DNA of 56,398 nucleotides, the filler included, from Sphacelaria rigidula (taxonomy: Eukaryota), in assembly GCA_964200075.2 (NCBI GenBank). It is 4 parts of 4 records of this genome, joined end to end, with 100 filler letters (N's around TTAATTAATTAA, not from the genome) between each part and the next. Parts side by side here need not be neighbours in the genome. Positions count along the whole stretch, not along the records: positions 14,127 to 28,152 come from CAXNAA020002505.1; positions 28,253 to 42,275 come from CAXNAA020002506.1; 2 more parts are not named here. The stretch is one strand, 5' to 3'. The position numbers were made by a program, and so were the translations under genes. Below, in pieces: positions 23,014-35,799 of the stretch (its first letter is position 1; every line of letters begins with the position of its first letter). The notes below the pieces were generated by a model that searched no databases, was not told the DNA's origin, and worked only from the letters and a program-made list of their open reading frames with translations.

Positions 23014-26000
23014 TGTCACGATGTGATGGTGCTTTAACCGAGAGGTACTCTCAATTTGGGTACAGAAACGCGTCCAGCACGGCACGCCAGACTCCTTATC
23101 TGGGGCACCACTCGTGAGGAGTTCACGCACAATAGCTTGATATCTACTTGACTCAAGGCTCTTGTTTATAGAATGCTTTTTCTTCTTGCTCAATGTTTTT
23201 CTTCTTGCTAAATGCTCTTCCACGCTTGTGGCTCACCAATCGGACAATAGTCAGATGTTGATAGCTCCTTGGTGCTCGAAAACAGTGCCTAAGGGTGCGT
23301 TATGAACTGCTGCTCATATCCTTTTTATAAGTGTACACACTATATCTGACCCTCCGATCAGACCCGCCATCCAAAATCCGAACATCGAAAACTCAATGCT
23401 GCTTATCTTCATGACATTCGCCTCTCCAGACGAACCTCTATCGCAGTTGCGACAAAAGAACCCCAGAGAGCAGCGAAGATTGAGGTTTTTCTCCTCGTAA
23501 GTCATGAAAAGACAAGAAAAATAACAGCATTCAAGACGCAGAGGGCAACAAGCCCGACTTTCCCACACCTCGAACGACGAAAAGAAAGCGAAAACTGCTA
23601 CGGAAAGCGTAAGCACGCTTGACGGCGCAGAAGCACACAATGCTTACTGCGGGCTAGCAAACACTACGGAAAAACCAAAACACGTTTTGCCGCGCTAGCT
23701 AAACCAGATGGCAAAAACGCAACAGTAGCACAATCCTGCTAAGTGACGGCGTAACAGAAAAGCGAATGAAGGCAGCAACGCTAGGACTTTGAAAGTCCGG
23801 TAAGGCCAGGAGGGCAAAACAAGAGCATGAAAAGAGCAACTCCAGCAAACTCCAGCAGCGTGGAATAAAGATATCAAATATTCATTAAGAAGGTTCCAGG
23901 AGCGGAAGACGCTAAAGATTTGTGAAGAGGAAGGTCGGCAGCAGAAGGGGAAAGTAGAGCTCCATGGCCCGAGCGAGAGGTCGCCAGCGGATGGCGGAAC
24001 AAAATGACCTGGTGTCAAGATGGGGGGGTGAACTGTGCGACAGCAACACAGGGCAAAGAAGGAGAAAGAGAAAGGTTTAGAGAAAGAGCGAAGAAAGGAA
24101 AACCTCAAAGTGGTGCGTGAACATCGTGTGTGTGATCGATGTTGCGTTGGATGCCACGGGCGAGACCTTTCGATTTCAGCCGCTGGAGGCACCATGAGCG
24201 GTGTTGAGCGGAGGGGCTGATGGTATATAACTCAGGGCGAAGCTTGAGTTGTACAGGCCCAGGATCATCGTTGAAACGCACGATGTAAGTGTTGGGCGTG
24301 TTCGGATCAGCGGAATGAATTTGACCTAACCACCAAAGATTGTCGCTGCCTTTGTACCACAAATAGGCATCTTTGGGAAGGGCTCCTTGTTTAGCATGAA
24401 TCTATGTTTCCCAATGTTTGGTGGGCACGAGTTCATAGCCATCGGCGACGAAACGCAGACCTTTGTCGCGGTGAAGTTCGCGTGCCGCTGCGCCACGGCG
24501 CATGGCACGGTATCGCATATTATTAGCGATATGCTGCTGTTGGGGTTGTGTCCAGTACAGAAGGATAGCACGGCAGTGCAACTGCAGGTCGGACTCGCGT
24601 TCCCACGACGCTCGTCGAAGACCTTGCCAATGAGTTTTGTACATTACAGCAATCTTACCACCTGGACCACGAGTGATCTGGTGTCCAGAAATGTGAGAAA
24701 CCGCCAAGCGGAGGGGTTGTTCCGTCACGTCATCAGTGGTAACGTGATAAGGCGGTGATTTGGTCGAATAACTGTTGAGCACATATTGCGTGAGGCCGGC
24801 AGGCAAATATTTCGGCATATCGCTCGTGTTATGCGGATTCGTGCAAGGTTTACATCTGTGCACAGAGACGCGAGATTTGGCGTCGGGTCCGTGAAAATCA
24901 CGAGGGAGATCAAGGTAAAAGAGCTTGTCGCCAACAGGTCTACCATCGGGTGACGTGGGCGAAGGTCCTACGGTTAAAATCTTAAATGGCCCAGTCCAGT
25001 TAAGAGATAGTTTCGTTTTTAAGGCTGCCTCATTAGCAGCTCTGTTAGTGCCTTTAGCGAAAAGTCGACAAACTGCTATAAACCCAAACCCAGTCACCAA
25101 CCTTCCACGTGGGGCGCTCATGCATCATATTATAGAGAGCGGTATTTGATCGCTCAATGCGCGAAGCGTTGATAGCATTTTGTTCACGTACTAAGTTGAA
25201 CGCTTTGCGTTGGCGCGCACGTGCCAGGGCATTGTAGGACATCTGATCCTGATCCAAGTCTTGATGACCGTCGAAGGTGTGCCTTTCAAACACTGTGATG
25301 GGTAGACGCGGATAGCGGCCAAGGTGCAGCTCGTTTGGGGAAAGACCGGTGGCAGCGTGAACTCAATTGTTGTAGGACAGCATAACATGTGACAGGTGAA
25401 GATCCCAATCATTTTGTCGATCATTGACAACCATAGATAACATTTGAGCCATGGTGTGATTAACTCGTTCGGTGCTACCGTTACCGTTGGGGTGGTAGGC
25501 GCTCGTCGCGATTTCGCGAATTCCCAAGAGCTTGTAGAGTTCTTCCGAAAGATCAGAGCAGAACTGCGGACCATTGTCAGAGAGAAGTCGTTGCGGGCAA
25601 CCATAGTGCTTGATATAGTCGTGGATGAAGATATTAGCTGTGCCTGCGGCTGTAAAGTCGCCACCGGTAACTGCGTACATTGACGCGTGACGGCTAAAGC
25701 GATCAGTTAAGAGTAGGATATAAGTATTCCCACGATCAGTTGTCGGTAAAGGACCGAAATAGTCAAATGACAACAGGTGACCGGGAGCATTGGGGAGGCT
25801 CATGGAAATAACTGGCCAACGGATGGTTTGCCGGGAGGTTTTCCGGGCTTGACATTTGAAACATCGCCTAATCCAAAAGCGGGTTGACGCCTTCATACCA
25901 ATCCACCAGTAGAAACGCTCAAGTAGCGCTAAAGTGCGCGTGACACCAGGGTGGCAAGACAAGTCTGAATGACATCCTTTCATGACCCATGGGCGCATCA

Positions 26001-28152
26001 AGAATGGAACATAAATGTGAGTGGGCTCATCGTCAAGCAAGCGTGCATGGCGGCCAGTGGGAGCGGTTAAATGTGCACTGGAAGGAGATGTCGGGCGACG
26101 AACCAGTAACTGAATACCGGCATCGGTTGTAAAAATAGTACCTTTGCGGACAAGTTCAAAGACATCAGAGGCGTGCGGGGGTGGTAGTGTACCAACCGAG
26201 ACCAACACTGTTTCTGGAATTGGGACAGGACAGCCAAGGTGCAAATATTGTATGGTAGCCCGGCATAATGGCTCGGCCTGTTGTTCACGAGCCCAGTCAC
26301 GATGTGAATAGCTAGCGAGGAATTCGCGCAAGTGACCTTCGGCAGGAGAGCCAACCAGACATGGGGGCTCAGGAGGAGGTGGAACAGGAGACGGAGCGGG
26401 GACATCAACATCAATTTCTACGTCAGGGTCAGGGTCCGAAGTGTTCGTGTTCTCTTCAGAAGGGATGATCGGAGAGTGTACCGCAGAAGGCGACGTGGGC
26501 GTGCGCGCTGGAGAACGCGATCGACGTCGGGGGCGCGATTTTTGTGTGACTGGTTTTGACAAAGTCATCGACGCGCTGTTGCGGGGAGACAGTGCTCCGT
26601 CGGTCGGAGAATGAGGACGCTGAATCGAGGGCGGCGGTACGCGAGGGGTGTTCGCGCGGGCGGCAGACTGAGAGCGTGTATTGTCCGAAATAAGATGAAT
26701 AGTAGTAGGTGGCGGTACGGAAATATTCGCACGAGGACCGAAAGTACGGAGATCAGCGAAATCGGCGGGGGCCGGTTTCAATCCACTCAACACTGCGTCG
26801 TGGGGTAGAGGGCGGGGTTTACCCATGTGCGTACCTGTTTCAGGGCAGTGGAGGTCAAGGGCGTAGATAGGCGTTGAAAAACGCCGAATTGGATAGATGC
26901 CTGGTTCATCAAGTTCTGTCAACCTACAAGCGGGGCTAGTATCCACAGCCGTAGGAGGCAGCGGAAGGCGGGAGAGAAGATCAGCATTCCCATTGATATT
27001 TCCTGGTCGATGTTTGACTGTATATTGGTAGGCTGTCAAAAACTCTAACCAGCGTTGCACGCGCGGGTTATGTTCACCAACCTTCGCGAGTTGTTCAAGG
27101 GCTCTATGATCCGTATAAATCTGGAAGGGGACTTGGAACAAGTATTGTCGAAGTCGTTTTATAGCCCAGGTAATAGCTCCACCTTCTAACTCCAGGGGAC
27201 TCCAATTGACTTCATTGGGCAAGGTTGCACGGCTGATGTAAAGGATGGGTCGCACGGAGCCATCAAGTTGGGGCTGATTCAATATCGCGCCGAATCCATC
27301 TATACTGGCGTCAGTATGTAGTTGAAAGAGGCGAGAGCCGTCTTGCATGGCGTCCCAGTCCGGAAAACAAAGAACCGGTTTTGCGGTAGGTGTTTTCAAC
27401 AAATCGCATACAATGACTTCCATATCTTCTGTGAAGACAAACGCGACGCCTTTTTGAAGGAGGTCCGTAATGGGTCGGATCCGTTTGGACAAATTTAGCA
27501 AACATTTGCGATAGTATGCCAGTCCACCCAACAAGGAGCGGAGCTGTGAAATGTTGGTGGGCATGGGCATCTCGGTCATTGCCCGTACTTTATTAGTGTC
27601 CGGGTGTAGACCCGCCGGTGAAATAGAGTGGCCTAGAAAATTCAATCCAGTCGCACCAAGGCGAGCTTTTGACGGAGACAATTTTAGATCGTGTGTCCGG
27701 AGGCGAGAGAAAAATTCTCGTAAAGTACGCACGTGTGCGGGAGGAGTAGCATCGAAAGCGATAGCATCATCCAAGTACATGAGGACATGTTCAAGTCCAT
27801 CGGTGACTCGTTGCATCAAACGTTGGAAGCAACCGGGAGCCGTAGCGGCACCTTGTGGCATCCGGAGCCACTCATAAAGGCCGGAAGACGTACAGAACGC
27901 TGTTAACGGAACTGTATCAGGGTGAATGGCATTTTGGAAAAATCCAGAAGCAAGATCGAAGGTGCTGAAGATTTTTCCTTCGCCCAACGAATCAAAGACT
28001 TCATCAATGCGGGGGATGGGGAGTTTACCCACTACAGTGACGCGATTCAACCGCTTATAATTAACGGTGATACGTATGTTTCCATCTTTCTTTGGAACTA
28101 CCACGAGGGGCGAAGCCCATGGTGAGGAGGAATGCTGAATTAAACCAGCTCC
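23014..28152 (-). mobile_element. Ty3/Gypsy LTR retrotransposon: RT, RNase H, integrase, chromodomain, extra C-terminal domain and probable 3' LTR
   Basis: RITVNYKRLN, FDLASGFFQ, YEWLRMPQG, MYLDD, HTDASIDG, YTDHRAL, NADLLSR, HHCC zinc finger, LLSDNGPQF, GNGSTERVN, WTGPFKI, MYKTHWQGLRRASWERESDL. Two in-frame stops (25363, 24402) and one frameshift (about 25054). Ends ...TGACA at 23014; the LTR 5' limit is uncertain (about 23339). Confidence 0.93.
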
Positions 28153-28252
28153 NNNNNNNNNNNNNNNNNNNNNNNNNNNNNNNNNNNNNNNNNNNNTTAA
28201 TTAATTAANNNNNNNNNNNNNNNNNNNNNNNNNNNNNNNNNNNNNNNNNNNN
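28153..28252. other. Artificial scaffold spacer
   Basis: N44-TTAATTAATTAA-N44. Confidence 0.97.
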
Positions 28253-28308
28253 CCTTAGTCGTTTGACCATTGACCACGCATCCCTTTCGAGACGGAGCAC
28301 TTGTGTTA
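28253..28308 (-). mobile_element. Fragment of the GAGTA-ended retroposon
   Basis: CCTTAGTCGTTTGACCATTGACCACGCATCCCTTTCGAGACGG is identical to 51937-51979. The 5' flank is a C-run on the element strand. Confidence 0.8.
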
Positions 28309-31300
28309 TGGGGGGGGGTCAAGTCATTGAACCCGTTTTCGCTTCACCACTCTCCTACTTGACCCTTATCCAGCTAGCCCCTTGACCATCGGGGTAAGTC
28401 ATCTGGATCTTACACTCGTCGTTGTCTCAGGCAAAGCGATGCTGATTCAAGAGATGAGCGAACCTGACAGTCAACGGGTCGACCCATTGATCGGTAGGGT
28501 GGGTCGACTCAGGACGCTTTTCGCCGCCCGAGGCTCCAAAGATGATCAAAACTGTCTTCGATTTCACACTTTGCTCAAGAAAGACTTTGCACCCCCCTTG
28601 CCCGAGGGTTCTCGGTATGCCTCGGTCGAGGTTAGGGTTAGGGTTGGCGACATCTCCATAGTATCAACCTTTCAAGGGTCGGACAAATAATGGTCCGTCG
28701 GGAAATTACTTGGTTTTAGTATAATTGATTCGACTCGTACGAATCAATCCCTAGGCTTTGTTCGGAGCGTTGCAATCCAGGTACACGCATCCCAGACACG
28801 TGGAATGGCGCAAAAGTAGCGTGGATAACCCTTGGACCAGCGGTCAATTTTCCCCCCCTTGGCAATCAGGCCGAAGTAATCGTGGATTTAGTGATTCTTA
28901 GTCGTGATGATTCGTCCTAACCGTGCAACCATCGTTTACGGACATTTCTTCAGTTGCCCTCTTCGATTTCCACAGCCCTAAAAAGATCAAGGTAAGTTTA
29001 CCACTTGGTAAGGTGTAGACCTCTCAGAAATGTATGATTTTCGAACAACCGTAACTCTATGCTGGCAACACATGAGGCGTCAGACAGGCGGCACAGACCT
29101 CGAGCAAAGTATAATACACGTAGCGTGTATTGAAAAGTAGATACTGCTATTTTAGATGGCGAAGTAGCCCACCTGTATTCCACCCAGCAGGGGAACTATG
29201 TGCTTTGTTTCACCGCCGTGATCAGTCAAAACGATCATTCTGCGCCTGTCGGGTCTCGTTCCTGGCTTGGAATCTTCCGTGGAAAACTTCAAAACACACA
29301 TGATTGACTTGGTGAGCTTCCCGGCTGCTCTGTGAACAGACACACCCTCCCTTAGAAACCACCTCCCCCCGGACACTGGAAATCCCCGAATGTCTCCGGA
29401 CTGTCAGCCTGTGAAACCGTTCCGAGGCGACGCTCGCGGTCTAACGGTTGACGGAAATTCATGAGTAAAAGTAAAACCAGAACCAAGTCGGGCCAACTTC
29501 ACATTACGAAGTGGTGAACTGTACTGGAAAGACCCACCCCGATATCCCTGAATCGAAACGTTTAACGCGTTCATCGAAAGGCGGCGCAGAGAGCTTGCCT
29601 GGATACATGGAAGATCCGCCGCAATACCCCTTGATCGAAAAATTGAACGCTTTTCATCGAAAGGCGGGGTAAAAAGCTTGCCTGAACGTCAGTGCGTGTC
29701 GTCAGGTGTCTATATATATGCGAACACGTCCTCGAACATTTTGGGAGTGTGATAGACATTGCACTCATCCCACCATTGGCCCGGCCCCACTAGGGAAAAC
29801 GAAGTTTGTGCCTAGTCCATCGTGCGGTCGGCTCCGTTTTGGGCGGACATCAACGACGTGTAGAAACAAGTGTATGATGTTTACACCCCATAGTGTGCAG
29901 GTTTTATGATACCAAGTAGTTGTGCGGTCTCCCGAAAACTCTCGTTGTCACTTTTTTTTTTCACGGATCGAAGTCAGGAACAAGTAAATCACGCGTGATC
30001 GTACATGAGGTATCGTATCGTGCGGGCTATCGGGCACTGTTCGAAGGATAGCAGCGCGGCTCTGTTGTAATGCTTAGTATTGTGACATGTTGGATTAACT
30101 TCAGCTTATTCCCGCTCTCCATCGTTATGGGTCTAACGTCGTGTCTTCACACCTTATTTTTCTATCGAAAATGAGCGGTGGAGAACAAATATTCCGATCT
30201 GATAGGTTGTGATTCCAACTATGGTGGTGTATTATTTGGAAATAGTTGAAATCACGACCTGTCAGATCGGAATATTTGTTTTCCAACACACTTTTTCCGA
30301 AAATATATATATCGAAAAAATGGTTTTCTAATAAAGGGCGTGTCTTCGCTTTTTTTTTCGATCGAAAAAGTGCGGTCGAACTTTCTTTGACGATCTGATA
30401 GGTCCACCGCATTTATGTTCGTAGAAGGCTTCAACTCAAAATTATCATTAGCGGTGCGCGGAGAAGAATTGCTCGAGGTAAAAAACAATTGTTTTCGATC
30501 GATAACATGTCAACTACCGAGTGGTAAAGTCTACTGATAACATGTGGTCGGAAAGCACGAAGCGGCACTTGACTCTAACTTACAGACCACCACGCCAGAT
30601 AACACCTGTTCATAGGACCATGCAATCTCCATCCAACTCATCCTCAGCTACCATCGCAACCCTGCTGCATGGAGCACGAGTTGAGCGCAGGGATGGAGCC
30701 ACCGCAGTAGTTGGGTGTGCTTTGTTTATTTTTGGTGTTTAAAACTCGCGCATCTTCTCTCACGGTAGACATCAGCGACGGAACTGCGTGGTACCGTGGG
30801 CAACCGAGTTGCGTGCACGCTCGTGGTCAGTGCAGGTAGTGAAAAGCTGCACGTTGCTCAAGTCCTCTTCATGTCGCACTGTAAGGGGAGAGGACTGATA
30901 GTCTTGGGCTGTCAGCACTGCACGTTGCCCGCTCCTCCTTCACACCCTCCTGCACGAAACACGCAAACACACACTCAAGACACTACTTGCAAGCAGGGCA
31001 GACAGTACAGACTGTCTGTACTGTACACGAGTGACCATGTACCGTTTCATGAATTATACTGTCTTTTTTTTTCAATTGAAAGCTGGAGAATCCATCTGGA
31101 CCGAACTGCATCAAAACGAGAAAATTTCGCTCAAATCGTTTCCACCGCCCCATTTTTGCGATCGAAAAAAAGAGGTGCGAAGACACGCCCTAAAAATGCC
31201 CATTATCATCGACACCGTTTTTTCAGGGATCTCGACAACTTTCGGAGTTTTCGGACTCTGCATTTAGACTTGTCCGAGAACGAAGCGGCTTTATTTTTTC

Positions 31301-31704
31301 TCCGGAGCTTTATTTTTGGAAAAGTCCGAAAAATTCGGACTGCAACGCAGCACTTTGGAGAGACCTCCTCCGTGAAAACGCCGTGGCGCTCGAAATCATT
31401 CGAGAATCATCAGATACATGGCAGTCCCGATTATCTCGGAGATCTTCGAAAAAAACAGCGTCGACAATAATGGGCCTAATAAGACACGGCCTAAATCTAA
31501 CACATTTTAAGTTCTAAGCATGTTCGTTCGATGCCGGTGCGGGGCCTTTAAACATAGGTTTCGATTCCGATTCCGATTTCGACTCCTTCTTTTTTGCGAG
31601 GACATACCCTGAGCTGTACTACCGCCAAGGTTCGGGGGAACATGATGCCGATTTCAACAGATGACCCACCGTGCAGGTCGGAGGGTTTCGCTCACATCGA
31701 GGTG

Positions 31705-32056
31705 GGTGTACGTATCCCAATTCGGCGACATTGTATTCATGGTTGACATCTTTTTGGAGATAACAGTAACACCAGCCCCTAACCCAACCCTAAACCCCAA
31801 CCCAAGGCACACCGGGAACACGCGGGCAACGGGGATGCAAAGGGTGCCGTAAGCAAAGTGTGGTTTGGCAGACCTCAAATCGGCGCCCGCCGCGGGCGCT
31901 GGTTTTAGAGAAGAAGGCGTTCTGCGCACGCTATGATAGGAAGCGGTTGGGCCTGTCGGCGTCACGGAAGATCCGAATCTTGATGTCCAGTCTCGAATCA
32001 AGTACGGTAGTATCAACCATGGATCGAATGTCGCCGAAACTGGGACAGACGACATC
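31705..32056. mobile_element. TIR element carrying internal telomere-like (CCCTAA) repeats; related pieces at about 28560-28680, 32800-33030, 54030-54350 and 54930-55075
   Basis: Inverted ends ATCCCAATTCGGCGACATTGTATTCATGGTTGA / TCAACCATGGATCGAATGTCGCCGAAACTGGGAC. Shared core AACCCTAA..AGGCATACCGAGAACCCTCGGGCAAGGGGGGTGCA..GGCAGACCTCAAATCG. Confidence 0.7.
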
Positions 32057-33518
32057 AACATCTGCTACTAATATCACGCAAAATAGTCATACAAAAACTG
32101 AAAAATATTACCCGCAATTATTCTCAGGGGGGCGTGAGGGCAGCTGTCCCCGATCTATCGGTAGCGAACATCACGGGGTTTCTGTATTTTGCTTAGTTCG
32201 GGATGTCCCCACCCCGCATCCTCCACCTGCCACTACCATTTGCCTCCCCCTTCCACATCAAAAGAAGAAAAAAAACTCACGGTGTCGCCTATGTATGTAT
32301 TTTGGAATAGTATTATCTTGAAAGCCTCACTATTTCTCGTGGTCAACCACTATCTCTGGGTTCGTATTTATTTGATGATTTTTCTTTTACCCAAGCTTGG
32401 GGTAGTTAGCGTGTGACCACGGAAGGCGTCCGCATCAGATTCCCAGTACAGAGTACTGTGCAGATGATGGAACAGTTTTTAATGTGAAGACAACAACGAC
32501 AACCACCACCACCACCGATGCGTCATAGTCGCACAAAGAGTCGAGGAAGACTGCGAGAATGAAGAGGAAACGATTGCTTGTTTTCATTCGCAAGCTCCGA
32601 AGAGGGTCGTCCCTTTTATACTGTGTCTGCTTGATCGGTTGTCCAGGATCGCCAGTATCCAAGCCGTGCGTCCTTCTTATTGTCGATCACAGGATGAGCT
32701 GAACACAGGCCTGTGCTCACGAACATGACTTAGGTACGAACTACAACTGTAGTGTTCCCACTTTTTTCGAATGCCTGAATCTCGCCGAGGCGATCTGAAG
32801 TTTTGGTCGTATATATAGGTATGGTTGATTTGTTCGGACAAACTAACAATAAGGCGAACCCTAACGCTGATCCCGACCCAAGGCGTACGAGACCCTCGGG
32901 CAAGGGGGGGGGGGGTGCATAGGTTCCTCGAGGCAAAGTGTGCGTTGGCAGACCTGAAATCGCCGCCGCCGCCGCTGTTTTTGACAGAAACACAAATACG
33001 TTCTGGACGAGCTGGGTCCACTGCTCACCTGTCCCAAACCATACATTTCCTCATAACTTTCTCGAGTCTCTAAAATCAAGTAGTCATGTTGTCAACCATA
33101 GATATACGACCAAAGCTTGAGGTCTACTGATCTCGTTACGACTATCTATAATAATACCGCGATATCCCCCCCGCCCCCCCCCCCCCCCCCCACCCACACC
33201 ACCAGCGCGGCGACGCCCACCTAGCACGCCCGGCGCTCCGTATTTACTNNNNNNNNNGTTACGACTATCTATAATAATACCGCGATATCCCCCCCGCCCT
33301 CCCCCCCCCACAAACCAGCCCCAAAGCGGTTACGAAGAACACGTCCATATCGCGCGTGATGGTTGATCTTTGACTGCGTCAAGCGCCTCATATGGGCGAC
33401 ATTGGCGAAAATGATCCCAAGCGTGGGAACTCCCCGCTGCTCGGTGTGTTTAGGCCTTCATCATTTTGATTCACATGTACGTTTTGCCTCCTCATAACAA
33501 CTCACTGTTCTGGGAGTG

Positions 33519-33928
33519 TACTCATGATCTTGCGTGCCGTAGTCAAAGGACGATTGACTTCGCATCCCTACAAAGCCGGGACCGAGCACACCGGGTTTTC
33601 GCCGGACCAGGCTCGCAATCATTCATTCACCAAGCACGAAGCGCCGTGATGTGTTCGGCGAGTCGAATGAAGGGTGAGCTGCATCCTGCTGAGACTGTTC
33701 GGCCCGAAGCCTACTTATTATCTGATTATCTTGCAACTAGATCATAGCCTGCAATGAGTTACAGTACTTCATTTTCTGGTGTCGCCACTTCCAGAGACAG
33801 CCACGGGTTCTGTCAAGATACCGATTGACTGCTGAGCCAATCAGCCAGCGCTGGCTGACTAGCTCAGCAGTCAATCGGTATCTTGACAGGTTCCACACTG
33901 CCTCATGGGTGGGTCACCACTTTGCGCC
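33519..33928 (-). mobile_element. 5'-truncated GAGTA-ended retroposon with about 16-bp TSD
   Basis: Flanks CACTGTTCTGGGAGTG (33503-33518) and CACTTTTCTGGGGAGGG (33929-33945). Homologous to 13316-13620. Confidence 0.82.
33811..33888. repeat. 78-bp loop-less palindrome inserted in the retroposon (mini-MITE)
   Basis: TGTCAAGATACCGATTGACTGCTGAGCCAATCAGCCAGC|GCTGGCTGACTAGCTCAGCAGTCAATCGGTATCTTGACA, 2 mismatches, flanked by GGTTC on both sides. Absent from the 13316 copy. Confidence 0.9.
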
Positions 33929-34750
33929 CACTTTTCTGGGGAGGGTTATTGCGACATCAGTCGTACTTCCACCCAGCCCGAGGACACCACATTCCCTGCA
34001 ATACATATCTTAATTATAACAAACGAAGAAATCCCGTGCGGTTTGTTGTGTCGTGCTGCCTTCGCGTCAATCTTTGGCGTGTGAAGTCCACATTTTCGAT
34101 CTTCACAAAAAAAACACCGATGAAACACACAGCGTAGAGTGAGTGCACGCGAACGCGGTGACGATAATCCTTTTTTTTGAAGAATACTTGGTAGTAGTGT
34201 GACATAATGATTGTTGAATCTTCATAGCACAGTGGCCTGGGACCAGTACACAAAAATGAAAAGGTGGGTTTGCTGGTCCAGCTTGATTGCATGTAATTCT
34301 CATTCTATCTGTCCGCCATAATGTATAGTGTTACCAATATTTTGGAAAATGACTGCGAGGAACACATACCCTTGTAAGATGGGTAAAATGTACGACCCTA
34401 TGATGACGTGACCTGCGAGCTGCAATCGCTGGCTCGGAAAACGCATCACAAACGACCGGTGTGCCGAGACTCGCATCCCTGGCCGCTGTTCGTAAGGGAA
34501 TAGAAAAGCATCACTTGGTTGGGAGATGAACAAAAACAGGTTAATTCACGGAGACATAAATATAGTTTTGCTTGGCATATGATATCTTGGTTTCTACTCA
34601 GCCGTTCTCGTGGTGGTGAGGTATGTTGGCTATTATATGGGTGATACACGACTGACCCCAAGAAACCATGGGGTCGCTGCCACTTATTCCCGGGGTGCCT
34701 CGCAAATAGAAGAGTCTAACTTGCAAGTACTCTCTACCTCTCACCGACAG

Positions 34751-35799
34751 GTTCAATGTTTTGGGACTACGAGTGGACCTGGAACTACACGGAGATCACC
34801 ACCGTCTGCATCGCGGGAGTGTGCGTCCCCGTCTTATGCTTCTGCTGCTGTGTGCTGTACTGTGGTCAGGGCGGGAGGGGCGTGTCGGGCATAGTTAACT
34901 CCCCCTTTGGCGGCTGGCAAGGCGACCGCGTCTACAGCGATGCCGCGGCCGGTTTGAAGACGAAGACACCCGCAACCAACCACGGCGTAGGAAGCGGAGG
35001 TGGCGGGGACAAAGATGGGGGGCGAGGCACAGAGTCCAGCACCCGGCCAGTCGCAACTGTGGGCGCGAGAGATCAGCCCCCCCCCTGGACGGCGAAGCGC
35101 GCGAGCCGACCCAGCGTCACGTTGGTGGGGAAGCGGCCCGAAAATACGAATACGCTGTCCAGTAGCATTGGGAAGCGGATGAAGGGCGGAGTCGTCGCCG
35201 AGGATGGACCACAGAGGAGAGTGCGTCCGGGTAGCGTGGACCTGCAGGGCGGAGATGCCGACGAAGCGAAGGATAATTTTTTCTCAAGGGCGATTCACCC
35301 GGTGACGTGGTCCGTCTCGGATGAGTCGTCACGTGAGGTGCGTCGTGAGATCGCCGAACCAGTGCGCCCAGTGGAAGTTTATACTTCTGCAAGTCGTTCT
35401 CCGGTCGAGAGGCCAGCGGTCGACCGTGATACTGTCGAGTCTGCCGCGCTGCCAAGACCAGCTGTCAGGAATAGCCCTACAGCCGAGGCACGGCAGAGCC
35501 CAGCTATCGATAACGGCGCTGTTGACAAAACTACGCGGCCGGAGAATTGGTATTATCTCAGCAGTAGCAGCACGGCCCACACTGCGAGTACTGATCACAG
35601 ACCGAGGCAATCCCTGGCCTCTCAAAGTCGACGGGCAGGAGGTGGCCACCGTTTTACTTCTGGCGATGATCGCCGATTCAAAAGTGGGGGATCACTTGAA
35701 GCGACGCCGAGGGTGGGCGCAAGAGCCGTTGATAACAACGCGGGTGCGGGCAGGATGACTTGGGGGGAATTAGTGTCGAGATCGGGCGAGTATGAGTGA
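34751..35799 (+). CDS. Probable terminal exon of a single-pass membrane protein with a Cys-rich juxtamembrane segment and a disordered tail
   Basis: Pyrimidine tract plus CAG acceptor at 34750. 347-aa open frame. ITTVCIAGVCVPVLCFCCCVLYC is a hydrophobic helix, followed by G/S/R/P-rich sequence. No family recognised and upstream exons not resolved. Confidence 0.6.

Noticed and set aside
28430-29400. Possible minus-strand exons (..PLLGGIQ|, HRVTVVRKSYISERSTPYQV|)
   Set aside because: Splice-like signals exist, but there is no homology and the next segment contains stops, so a gene call is not supported.
32435-32620. Minus-strand TATAAAAG followed by a short hydrophobic ORF (MKTSNRFLFILAVFL...)
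   Set aside because: No recognisable domain or convincing downstream exon, and the poly-Val stretch comes from a GTG/GTT microsatellite.
33134-33310. Direct repeat GTTACGACTATCTATAATAATACCGCGATATCCCCCCG
   Set aside because: The two copies flank a small N gap and a poly-C run, so this is probably an unmerged overlap.
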